A stretch of DNA of 63,851 nucleotides, counting the filler, from an uncultured Candidatus Sumerlaeota bacterium (GTDB lineage: Bacteria; CAYMEV01), in NCBI GenBank assembly GCA_964389675.1. It is 6 parts of 6 records of this genome, joined end to end, with 100 filler letters (N's around TTAATTAATTAA, not from the genome) between each part and the next. Parts side by side here need not be neighbours in the genome. Positions count along the whole stretch, not along the records: positions 47,475 to 56,101 come from CAYMEV010000043.1; positions 56,202 to 63,851 come from CAYMEV010000045.1; 4 more parts are not named here. One strand, 5' to 3'. This document shows positions 50,333 through 58,980 of the stretch, piece by piece. The position numbers were made by a program, and so were the translations under genes. The notes beneath the pieces are model-generated. The model made no database searches, was not told where the DNA came from, and saw only the letters and a program-made list of their open reading frames with translations. How positions within the stretch are numbered: the stretch's first letter is position 1; each line of letters starts with the position of its first letter.

Positions 50333-51199
50333 ATGAAGAAAATCATTATTGCCGGAATACTGATATTTTCTTTCTGTATCCATTACAGCAGCCAGGATCT
50401 ATCTCCAGAAGATCATCTTGTCCTGGCTCAGAAAAAGCTCCAGGATCTAATTGTGCCGGATGATCCTGCATCACCATTCTTCAAAAAAGCCTGCAGTATT
50501 ATTAATGAAGCTCTGCTAAAATACAGGCAGTACAGACTTGCCTCTGAACAGGAGGAAGTAAGCCAGCAGGAAGAACACATATTAATGTCGCCTGCAGAGC
50601 ATCTGTATATAGCAGGTGATGAAATGGCCCAGACAAGAGCAGCTATAATGATAGCATCCCATAGCCTGACCATTGAGCAGAGCAATGGCCTGCAACTGCT
50701 GACTGAATCTGTCCAGCTTGTGGATGATGCCCTGAAACAGCTGGAGAGTACCAGCCTGTGGAAGGTCCACTGGATGCCTGGAGCCCGGCTGATAGTATCC
50801 GCCCCTCCTGACCTTGCCTGGCGCTTGCCCCTGGAATCTGAGCTTCTGCGACTAGTCAGGACAGGACCGGATGACAAACCTGCAGCTCTATTTTATATAT
50901 ACAGGGTACCTGATGAGGAAATAGCCAAAATCCCTGAAAAAGGATATATTGACAGCAGTATACAGAGATTTAAGAAACGTTTCCCTGACATGGCCATTAT
51001 TGACCGCGCTGAGCCTGCTAAGAGTAAATATTCCTTTACATATGAATATTTATGGGAAGGGGAGCTTATAAGGTCCCATGTGGCTATCCATTCTTTTAAA
51101 GACCTTATAATTGAGCTCAATTATGCAGCCCCCTCTGCTATTTTTGACCATGCAGAGGCAATGGCAATAATTGACTCCCTGAAGATGATCCGCCAATAA
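50333..51199 (+). CDS. Hypothetical secreted protein
   Basis: AGGAG RBS; signal peptide MKKIIIAGILIFSFC. Confidence 0.75.
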   Translation: MKKIIIAGILIFSFCIHYSSQDLSPEDHLVLAQKKLQDLIVPDDPASPFFKKACSIINEALLKYRQYRLASEQEEVSQQEEHILMSPAEHLYIAGDEMAQTRAAIMIASHSLTIEQSNGLQLLTESVQLVDDALKQLESTSLWKVHWMPGARLIVSAPPDLAWRLPLESELLRLVRTGPDDKPAALFYIYRVPDEEIAKIPEKGYIDSSIQRFKKRFPDMAIIDRAEPAKSKYSFTYEYLWEGELIRSHVAIHSFKDLIIELNYAAPSAIFDHAEAMAIIDSLKMIRQ

Positions 51200-51204
51200 T
51201 AAGA

Positions 51205-51332
51205 GGCCTGACATTTTTCATATGCCACATAAAAGAACCTCATAGTTTATCCCTGTTCTTTTCCAGAAAAAACTTGAAAATTATTAAAAAATAAATAAAC
51301 TTAAAAGTGTAGGTCTCTGAGGTAGATATGAG
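51205..51332 (+). repeat. Copy 1 of the integrase leader repeat
   Basis: About 130-bp direct repeat of 53868-53995 (TTCCAGAAAAAACTTGAAAATTATT...TGTAGGTCT.TGAGGTAGATATGAG). Confidence 0.85.
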
Positions 51333-51605
51333 GGAAAAAGTAAAAATTTATGTTGGGAGCTCAAGAAATAGATTTAATAAAGCTATGTTTGCTTAATGCT
51401 TTTTAAAGAAATTTCTTTATTTAAAGGTATTAGTGGGTGCGTAAATAGGCTGTTGCCGCAAATAGAACTGTAGCTATGGTGAAACCATGAAACTATATAG
51501 CACATCATTTAGGAGATAGTAATGTGGTGCATAGTAGGCTGGCTGCTCTGCTTCATATTGCCATCCAGTTTCTGTGGATCTATAGGCAATAATAAGGAGG
51601 ATATA

Positions 51606-51986
51606 ATGAGAATCTACGTGATTTATTCTTTAGTCTTTTTTTCGATAATATTGATTGGATGTGGTATTACGCAAAATAGAAAGCAAATCACCATTGAGAC
51701 TTTTACAAATGCACTGGAATCTAATGGAATGTCAATCGGAGAACGAAGTGAAAAGCTGTACGGGCTTTTAATGGCAATTGATGGATATGGAATTGAGGTT
51801 AATGGTGACTTTATTGAGGTTTATCAGTTTGATACCACTATTAAATCTGGAAAAGAAGCCATAGAAAAATGGAATAAAGAGGGCTTCATGGGACAGCCAG
51901 TGATTGTGAGGAAGAACCTGATGATGTTTCTAAATAAAAATCATAAAAACTGGAAGCAAATAGAGAATATATTTAATAGCTTATAG
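51606..51986 (+). CDS. Hypothetical lipoprotein (probable cassette)
   Basis: AAGGAGG RBS; lipobox LIGC; followed by an attC-like hairpin. Confidence 0.75.
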   Translation: MRIYVIYSLVFFSIILIGCGITQNRKQITIETFTNALESNGMSIGERSEKLYGLLMAIDGYGIEVNGDFIEVYQFDTTIKSGKEAIEKWNKEGFMGQPVIVRKNLMMFLNKNHKNWKQIENIFNSL

Positions 51987-52001
51987 TTTCTATATAGAAT
52001 T

Positions 52002-52096
52002 ATATAATGATCACATATGCTCGCTCGGATAGCAATATGAGAGGTCCCTGTTCCTCATTGCCCTGCTTTTACCATCTGGCTATGTGATTGTTAAAA
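52002..52096 (+). other. attC-like imperfect hairpin
   Basis: TAATGATCACATA...TATGTGATTGTTA arms (11/13), inner AGCA/TGCT and ATGAG/CTCAT pairs, core GTTAAAA. Confidence 0.55.
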
Positions 52097-52120
52097 ATAA
52101 AAAAAAGGGAAATTAATATT

Positions 52121-52942
52121 ATGACAAGAATAAAAAAAAGGATAAAATCTATAATTTTACCTACATCAGAGGAATCTGTAAGGCATTTATTCAGTTTGCA
52201 TTCTAAGGAACTTGGGTTTGAGATCCTGAATATACAGAAAGCATTTCCTGATTGTACAGCCATAGATTATAGCAAAGCTGAGCCAAAAGAAGTCGATATA
52301 GAATTAGAATTTAATGCATTAAATTTTGTAGCACATGGTCATATTAATCAGATGCTGCCAGATAGAGAATATATAATAGTATGCTGGACATTGAAGAGTA
52401 GAAGGGGTATCCCTCAAGACATTGAAATTATTGTTCTTGAAGAAATGGTAGATATTGTATCGCCGAGTACCAAGCAGATACAGACTGTAATGGAAAAGCC
52501 AATATATAGTATAATTTCCTATAATCCTTCACTTAATAAGCAGCCAATAGAGATATGGGAGGAAATAAAGATATTCCGTACAAATACTAAATTTAAGGGT
52601 AATAGGATACCTAGAGGTTCCGTGATTGTTCTGCATTCTAAGGGAAAGCTTGTTGGAGAGTTTACAGTTGCAAAATATCATTACTTAGAAAAGCCACCAT
52701 CAACTGATGAAGAGATTAGATTTTATAACCTTACTGCATTCCCAATTGGATTTAGTGAAGACCCTATGGTTGATCCTATGATTAAAAATAATAATGATTG
52801 GCTTAAAGGTCATATAGTGTATTATAATTTTAAGAAATATGATCCGCCTGTTCCTCTTGATGTTCTTAAAAAGAAACTATCAGGATATGGGCGTTTAAAT
52901 ATTGATTATGAGGATTTGCAAAGAATTCGTGGGAAAAGATGA
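52121..52942 (+). CDS. PD-(D/E)xK-type nuclease fused to a PUA/EVE/ASCH-like domain (putative)
   Basis: FPDC...IELE..LNF..HGH..IVCW at the N-terminus; IPRGSVIVLH..GKLVGEFTV...FKKYDPPVPL at the C-terminus. Confidence 0.65.
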   Translation: MTRIKKRIKSIILPTSEESVRHLFSLHSKELGFEILNIQKAFPDCTAIDYSKAEPKEVDIELEFNALNFVAHGHINQMLPDREYIIVCWTLKSRRGIPQDIEIIVLEEMVDIVSPSTKQIQTVMEKPIYSIISYNPSLNKQPIEIWEEIKIFRTNTKFKGNRIPRGSVIVLHSKGKLVGEFTVAKYHYLEKPPSTDEEIRFYNLTAFPIGFSEDPMVDPMIKNNNDWLKGHIVYYNFKKYDPPVPLDVLKKKLSGYGRLNIDYEDLQRIRGKR

Positions 52943-53144
52943 ATAAAAAAATATAGCCATATTATCTACAGTACAACAATTCAGCAATATCAGGGGAAAT
53001 GGCAGAAAAAGGACGCTACTTTTATCGTAATAGAGCCTTTTAGAAAAAAGCAGCAAAAAGGGCTAGGATATGGATTATCCAATAAATTTGCCTCAAAAAG
53101 GGAGAGCCCTATGCATTAATGGGGGAAGTAATATAAAGGTTATT

Positions 53145-53282
53145 TTTTTGACAGAAAAATAATTGATATCTGCAAAAAATAAGCAAATTTATGAGTGCTA
53201 ATACTTGAGGGAATATATGAGCAAAATTGCTGAAAAATACTAGCAGATGTTAAGGCTAAAGAAGTACAATTCAAATACATAC
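53145..53282 (+). pseudogene. Copy 2: decayed 5' end of the tyrosine recombinase
   Basis: ATG 53217 gives MSKIAEKY*QMLRLKKYNSNT, homologous to MSEIIEKYNKMLRLERYS at 53991. Confidence 0.7.
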
Positions 53283-53484
53283 AAAGAGCAATCATATTGT
53301 ACATCCAGAATTGAAAGAGTTTCAGGAAATATAAAAGACAGAGAAGCAGTAATATCGTTTATCTGGGACTTCTAAGAGTTGGGTATACATGGCATTGAAC
53401 TGATGGCAGATTCATCTGTCTGATCATATTGGCCAATCTGCTTTAAAAAAAATATTTCAAACTAAAGCTTCAGGAGGAATAATT

Positions 53485-53688
53485 ATGAACTTCAAAAAAG
53501 TCTTAATCAGTTTTGTTATCGGGTTTGCGATTACCCTAATTGTGAGCGGTATAGTGACATATCTTTATAGCTTGGGCTTCCATGAAACGGCAGAAATAGA
53601 TTGGGAAACATCTTTCCGCTTAGCCATCATACTTGGGATACTATTTCCGGTTATCGAAGCAAGAAAGGGCAGATCTGAAGAAAAATAG
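53485..53688 (+). CDS. Small membrane protein (probable cassette)
   Basis: AGGAGG RBS; two TMs; followed by an attC-like site. Confidence 0.7.
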   Translation: MNFKKVLISFVIGFAITLIVSGIVTYLYSLGFHETAEIDWETSFRLAIILGILFPVIEARKGRSEEK

Positions 53689-53710
53689 AAAGCAAATCAG
53701 AAAGACGAAA

Positions 53711-53835
53711 GGCCAACAAAGGCTAAAATTAAGCGGGCGGAAAATCTGAAAGGTATTGCATCTAAAAACTCTATCGCAAATTGACTGCAGCGTGCTCAGA
53801 AATACCCGCCGGTTGCTAGCCTTAACCATTAGCTT
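53711..53835 (+). other. Degenerate attC-like site
   Basis: GGCCAAC-AAAGGCTA..GCGGG / CCCGC..TAGCCTT-AACC-ATTAGCT; core GTT appears changed to ATT. Confidence 0.6.
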
Positions 53836-53867
53836 CAATTATTCAGAAAGAGGTACCAAAGGTAAAA

Positions 53868-53995
53868 GGCCTTACATTCCATATATGCCGAATAAAAAAA
53901 ACAAATAGTTCTCCATATTCTTTTTCCAGAAAAAACTTGAAAATTATTCAAAAATAAATAAAATTAGAAATGTAGGTCTTTGAGGTAGATATGAG
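53868..53995 (+). repeat. Copy 3 of the integrase leader repeat
   Basis: Direct repeat of 51205-51332, ending at the integrase ATG. Confidence 0.85.
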
Positions 53996-54416
53996 TGAAA
54001 TTATTGAGAAGTACAATAAGATGCTAAGATTAGAAAGATATAGCCTGCCTGTATATCGAGATATTTCATGCTCTCCACCCAAAATTAAAAAGGCCTTAGG
54101 AAGAATAAAAGGCATAAAAGCATTAATTTCAAAATCCATCTTAGAACTTCTGAGAGAATATTGCCTGAATAACAGGCCTAATACATTTGGAATGGTACTA
54201 TTTAAGCCCGGAACAAAAAAGCATGCAACAGTGCATACACTCAAGCATAGCTTAGCAGCACATCTATTGAAAAAAAGAACAGACCTAAGATATATTCAGG
54301 AACTGCTGAGACATTCAAATTCCAAGACTGCTGAAATTTATACACATATAACAAGCAGAGGCTTGGATAAAATAGTAAGCCCTCTGGATAATTTGATAAA
54401 GGCAGGCAAATTATAA
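53991..54416 (+). pseudogene. Internally deleted tyrosine recombinase (integron-integrase-like)
   Basis: N-terminal LRLERYS joined to C-terminal ATVHTLKHSLAAHLL..DLRYIQELLRH..KTAEIYTH..SPLD; HxxR arginine is K, LGH is LRH, box I missing. Confidence 0.85.
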
Positions 54417-54420
54417 AAAG

Positions 54421-54505
54421 TGGATATAGAAAAAATATGTGCATCGCATGATACATGCCATAATGGAAGGATATACGCAATGCGGATACACGGATGTTAT
54501 TTGAC
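54421..54505 (+). other. Putative attI-like site downstream of the recombinase
   Basis: Repeated GGATATA/GGATACA motifs ending in core GTTATTTGAC (54496), which is 9/10 complementary to R'' GTCATATAAC of the next attC. Confidence 0.55.
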
Positions 54506-54527
54506 ATAATCCTTCAGTAGGGAAAAA

Positions 54528-55310
54528 ATGAATTATAAAATGCAGTTTGTTCACCACGATCTTGGAAATCTTCAAAGAGGTCAGATAGTTGAAATTACAC
54601 TATCTGGGAGTGCAGCAAATGTTCAGCTTTTAGATAGTAGTAATTTTAACAATTACCGTAATGGCCGCAGGTATAGTTACACAGGAGGATTAGCAAAAAA
54701 ATCACCAGTAAGATTAGCAATACCAAGATCAGGATACTGGCATGTTGCTGTTGACATGAGAGGCTTAAAAGGAACAGTTAGGTCATCGGCAAGAGTCCTA
54801 CCTGGACCTTTGCCAACATTACAAGAACGGCCTCTTTCATCTATTCCATCATTAATGAATGGCAATCCTTTTTTAGAAAATGAAGACTTTAATCCTGAAT
54901 TTGATGTTTTTGTATCACATGCGTCAGAAGATAAAGACGAAGTAGTAAGACCTTTAGCAGAAGCTTTAAAGGCATCAGGATTAAAAGTTTGGTATGATGA
55001 ATTTGAATTAAAAATTGGAGACAGCTTACGTAAAAAAATTGATAAAGGGCTTGCTAACAGTAAATTTGGAATTGTAGTACTTTCAAAAGATTTCTTTAGA
55101 AAAGGTTGGACAAATTATGAGTTGGATGGAATTGTTTCAAAGTCAGTTTCAGGCGAACAGATAATTCTTCCGATTTGGCATAATATTACTAAGAAAGAAT
55201 TGCTTGACTTCAGTCCTTCTCTGGCAGATAAAGTTGCTAGAAGTACAACTACTCATACAATAGAAGAGATTTCAGAAGAAATAGCAGAAATGGTTTTAGG
55301 TAAAACATGA
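54528..55310 (+). CDS. DUF1883-TIR domain protein (putative NADase), gene cassette
   Basis: N-terminal DUF1883-like domain (ANVQLLD..NF..Y..G, IPRSGYWHVAVD); TIR DVFVSHASEDK, VWYD, WTNYEL with catalytic Glu, ILPIWH. Confidence 0.85.
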   Translation: MNYKMQFVHHDLGNLQRGQIVEITLSGSAANVQLLDSSNFNNYRNGRRYSYTGGLAKKSPVRLAIPRSGYWHVAVDMRGLKGTVRSSARVLPGPLPTLQERPLSSIPSLMNGNPFLENEDFNPEFDVFVSHASEDKDEVVRPLAEALKASGLKVWYDEFELKIGDSLRKKIDKGLANSKFGIVVLSKDFFRKGWTNYELDGIVSKSVSGEQIILPIWHNITKKELLDFSPSLADKVARSTTTHTIEEISEEIAEMVLGKT

Positions 55311-55318
55311 TGGAGTAC

Positions 55319-55416
55319 GTCATATAACAGGGCGTATATGCGGCGTCGCTTAGCTCCTTGGCCTTCGGCACATTCGGCATTCGCCGAACGTCATATATGC
55401 CCGGAACGTTGTGTGC
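55319..55416 (+). other. attC recombination site
   Basis: R'' CATATAAC, L'' GGGCGTATATG, L' CATATATGCCC (10/11), inner CGGCG/CGCCG, R' GTTGTGTG; begins 8 bp after the TIR stop. Confidence 0.8.
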
Positions 55417-55431
55417 AATGCCCAAATTAAT

Positions 55432-56101
55432 ATGAGTAAAGATACTAAAAAATATCCCTTATCTATCCGTAACTGGCCTGAAGATGACAGGCCGAGAGAG
55501 AAATTGTTAAAGCATGGCGAGCATGTTCTAAGCAACGCAGAATTGCTGGCGATTTTAATAAGGACGGGAACAACGGGTAAAAGCGCTATTGATTTAGGAA
55601 GGGAGTTGCTGAACAGGTTCAAATCCTTACGGACGATGAGCGGAGTAGATATATCGGAGTTTAAAGAAATTTCTGGTTTGAAAGATGCCAAGATTGCACA
55701 AATAAAAGCGGCGATTGAGTTGGGACGGCGGATGATGAGTGAGGAGAAGGCTTTTCATGGTGTTGTAAAATCATCTGCTGATGTCGTGGATTTTCTAATG
55801 CCGTTAATGCGGGATTTAAAAAAAGAGCATTTTAAAATATTGCTACTGGATAGAGGCAATCATGTATCCGAAGTAATTGACATTGATGTGGGAACCGTGG
55901 ATCGGGCAAATCCGTCGGTGCGGGATATTCTAATGACTGCTTTGAAATATCAATCGCCTTCCATGATTTTGGTGCATAATCATCCATCGGGGAATATTGT
56001 GCCAAGTGATGCCGATAAAAGATTGACCAAAGATTTGATAAGAGCTGCTCTGGCAATGGAACTGCGGATTTTTGACCATGTAATCATCGGAGAAAATTCG
56101 T
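55432..56101 (+). CDS. radC: RadC (UPF0758, JAB domain) protein, 3' end at contig edge
   Basis: RPREKL, LSNAELLAILIRTG, E..F, HNHPSG..PS.AD, DHVIIG. Confidence 0.93.
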
Positions 56102-56201
56102 NNNNNNNNNNNNNNNNNNNNNNNNNNNNNNNNNNNNNNNNNNNNTTAATTAATTAANNNNNNNNNNNNNNNNNNNNNNNNNNNNNNNNNNNNNNNNNNN
56201 N
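56102..56201. other. Artificial contig linker
   Basis: N-run with TTAATTAATTAA. Confidence 0.98.
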
Positions 56202-56203
56202 GC

Positions 56204-58045
56204 ACAGATCACTTTCATGCAGTGGATGCAGACTCAGGCAGGGAGATCTGGAAAGCGGGGCCATTTCAAAAAATATTACAATGTGCTGTGAATAAAGGAA
56301 GGGTCTATTTTACCGGTACTATTTATATTTATGATAATGGGAAAAAATACAGGTATGTATATTTATACTGCTTTAATACTCACACAGGCACAAGGAATTG
56401 GAGATATGAGATCTCTCAGCGGGAAGTTCATGCTGATATTCATGCAGAATATGGAGTAGAAGAATTAGAATCAGTAATACCCAGTAATCAGATAATAATC
56501 TCAGGAGATATGATCCATCAGATTGGTATCGGCAATACATGGTGGAGAAGAGGCAATGAAGACTATCGCAGATCAAATGGCAGTATTTTGGGCATTCCTG
56601 AAAATGAGGATATGGTATATTGGGGACTTAATACATTAATTTACCCCAGCAGGAGATATCCCTGTTATAGCAAACCCTGCAGCAGTTATTCATATTCTGT
56701 TACCAAGCTTAATTCACCTGCAGTAATATATGATGAAGTAATGTATTATGGTGCAGAAATACCCGGAGAAAATGACTGCTATTGTGCATTATACTCTATT
56801 CAGAGCGCTCAGGATAAATTTCGATGGGACCCGCGCACTCTGGACTGGAATACAGCATACCCTTTGATATCAGAAAATTTCATGGTCCTATATAGCCTTT
56901 TATCAAAATATAAATTAGACTTATATAAAATTACGAAAGCATCCCCAGGAGAATTTCAAATCGCAACCTATGAAATCTCTTCAGGAAAGGAAATATACTC
57001 CGGTACACAGAGCATAGGCAAAATCCCTTTCACAACGATATTTAGAAGATCATCTGCAGCCTGCTCAGATAGATTGCTTGTTGAATTAGGCATATTAAGT
57101 GGAACAGAAAACCAGGTCATATCTAATTCATACAATTCATTTGATATTACTACCGGAGAATTAATATGGAAATATGACCTCGGCCAGAAGATACTCAACA
57201 CCCCACCACTGATCCATGAAGATAATATCTTTATAGGAAGCTGCTATATAATAGGAAGCTGCTATATAAAAAGATTCCCCGGTAATTTGAAGCACTCTGA
57301 TAATTTCTTTCTCTCATTAAATGCAAAGAATGGAAAAGAAAACTGGAAAACCAGGATTAATGGGAATGTTTTTTCAAAGCCACTTCTCTATAATGATATT
57401 CTATATTTTGGCACAGATAAGGGGTATGTTTATGCAATGGACCGCTTTGAGGGGAAAATACTGTGGAGAACCTATATCAATGGCGGAGTCAGCACAACTC
57501 CTGTAATATATAATGATGCCACCATGTTTATCGGCAGCTGGAACTGGAATATCTATGCACTTGATACTAAGACCGGAAGGGGCAAGTGGAAATACAGAAC
57601 AAGAGGTGAAGTCAGGAAAGATATATTAATCAATAAAGACTGCTTATACTTTTTAAGTCAAATACCAATGGAGGAGGATGATATCCATTGCAATACATGT
57701 TTTCAATCCCTTAATATCAGGACTGGCATTGAAAACTGGAAAATAATACGGCTTGATCCCTCCATACCCTCTCAGATAATTCTAATTTCAGATATTATAT
57801 ATGTTTTATATGGTCATGTCATAGATGCAATTCATGTAGAGACCGGGTCCATTTTATGGCAGAAAAATATCAAGCTAAATGGTACTTCTGGCTTTGGTTC
57901 ATCTGCAAAGGTAACAGAGGATAAGATATATTTTATTTTGGTTACAGGAACTCGTCCTGTGGAAGTATCTGTTCTAATACTTGATCCAAAAATGGGAGAG
58001 ACACTTCAGAGTTACAAACTGACCAATAATAAAATACAGTTATAA
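56204..58045 (+). CDS. PQQ-binding-like beta-propeller repeat protein (5'-truncated)
   Basis: Many A.D..TG...W docking motifs (YALDTKTGRGKW, YAMDRFEGKILW). Confidence 0.85.
   Translation, partial: TDHFHAVDADSGREIWKAGPFQKILQCAVNKGRVYFTGTIYIYDNGKKYRYVYLYCFNTHTGTRNWRYEISQREVHADIHAEYGVEELESVIPSNQIIISGDMIHQIGIGNTWWRRGNEDYRRSNGSILGIPENEDMVYWGLNTLIYPSRRYPCYSKPCSSYSYSVTKLNSPAVIYDEVMYYGAEIPGENDCYCALYSIQSAQDKFRWDPRTLDWNTAYPLISENFMVLYSLLSKYKLDLYKITKASPGEFQIATYEISSGKEIYSGTQSIGKIPFTTIFRRSSAACSDRLLVELGILSGTENQVISNSYNSFDITTGELIWKYDLGQKILNTPPLIHEDNIFIGSCYIIGSCYIKRFPGNLKHSDNFFLSLNAKNGKENWKTRINGNVFSKPLLYNDILYFGTDKGYVYAMDRFEGKILWRTYINGGVSTTPVIYNDATMFIGSWNWNIYALDTKTGRGKWKYRTRGEVRKDILINKDCLYFLSQIPMEEDDIHCNTCFQSLNIRTGIENWKIIRLDPSIPSQIILISDIIYVLYGHVIDAIHVETGSILWQKNIKLNGTSGFGSSAKVTEDKIYFILVTGTRPVEVSVLILDPKMGETLQSYKLTNNKIQL
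57233..57268 (+). repeat. Perfect 18-bp in-frame tandem duplication
   Basis: ATAGGAAGCTGCTATATA x2, encoding IGSCYI IGSCYI. Confidence 0.95.
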
Positions 58046-58099
58046 GCTTTTAATAGACCATGTAAATCAAGAAATATTAATACTGACACAAAATAAAGG

Positions 58100-58372
58100 G
58101 TGTATTGCAAAGCAGTTCTGAGCAGATCAACCTGGAATAGGATACTTACAATTCCGGGACAAAAGATTGTATCTGCAAATATAGACAGGGATGCTGAAGC
58201 TGTTGATGAGCTTATTATTTCCTTTGCAGGTTATGGACTTTATATATATGATTATTATGAGGATAAGTTTACAAGGATCTTATCAGTATGGCCATCAGTA
58301 ATGTCAGCAGATGACATTACAGGAGATACATTTGATGAGCTTGTATGCTGTTTTATCAGAGTCCCTTTTTAA
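58100..58372 (+). pseudogene. Orphan fragment of the FG-GAP-like C-terminal domain
   Basis: WNRIL..ANIDRD..DELIISFAGYGLYIYD..DDITGDTFDELVCCF aligns with the C-terminus of 58981-62079. Confidence 0.75.
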
Positions 58373-58548
58373 AAGATGCATATTTTTTAAGATACATACC
58401 TATGCCTCCCGGATGATAAATCCGATCTGCATGAATATTAAAATTATAATGCATGGTACTGGATAAAAACCATGACCATCTGATGATACCCGGGAAATAC
58501 AATTTTATTGACAGCAAAGCCTAACTGGATAATCATCATGTATCTGAA

Positions 58549-58785
58549 ATGAAAGACAGGAATAATATAAGATCCATCATATATATATCATTATTCTGGT
58601 CTTTTCTTATTTCTTCCATAACTGCAGTTTCTACATTCAGTCAGAATCCGGACATACTGCTTTTCCAGGCAAGGTTTTATCTGTTCCTGTTCTGCTTTTT
58701 TTCAAACCTTCTCATCTTTGCAGGTATAAGCACTGCAGTATTTATCCTCTTTAAGCTTTTTAAATACGGGAAAACTGAATTATAA
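58549..58785 (+). CDS. Small hypothetical membrane protein or fragment
   Basis: Two hydrophobic segments only. Confidence 0.4.
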   Translation: MKDRNNIRSIIYISLFWSFLISSITAVSTFSQNPDILLFQARFYLFLFCFFSNLLIFAGISTAVFILFKLFKYGKTEL

Positions 58786-58899
58786 TCAGAAAGCAATGTT
58801 ATAGTTTGTTTTTCATCCTTCCTTCAGAAAGGAAAATTTGTCAAGACATCATAATAATATGGGACATTTCTTTTTGTTTTGACAAAAAATGAAAAACCA

Positions 58900-58928
58900 T
58901 TGACATCGGCATAATCAAGAGATATAAT
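58900..58928 (+). promoter_or_regulatory. Consensus sigma70 promoter of the metalloprotease gene
   Basis: TTGACA (58900-58905), 17 bp, TATAAT (58923-58928). Confidence 0.8.
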
Positions 58929-58980
58929 TTCAAATGAATAATGCTTATATAAAGGAGATAATAAATGCAAACATGCAAAT

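Noticed and set aside
13036-56201. Five regularly recurring TTAATTAATTAA motifs in N-runs
   Set aside because: Artificial contig linkers; ORFs running into them and cross-linker gene neighbourhoods are artefacts
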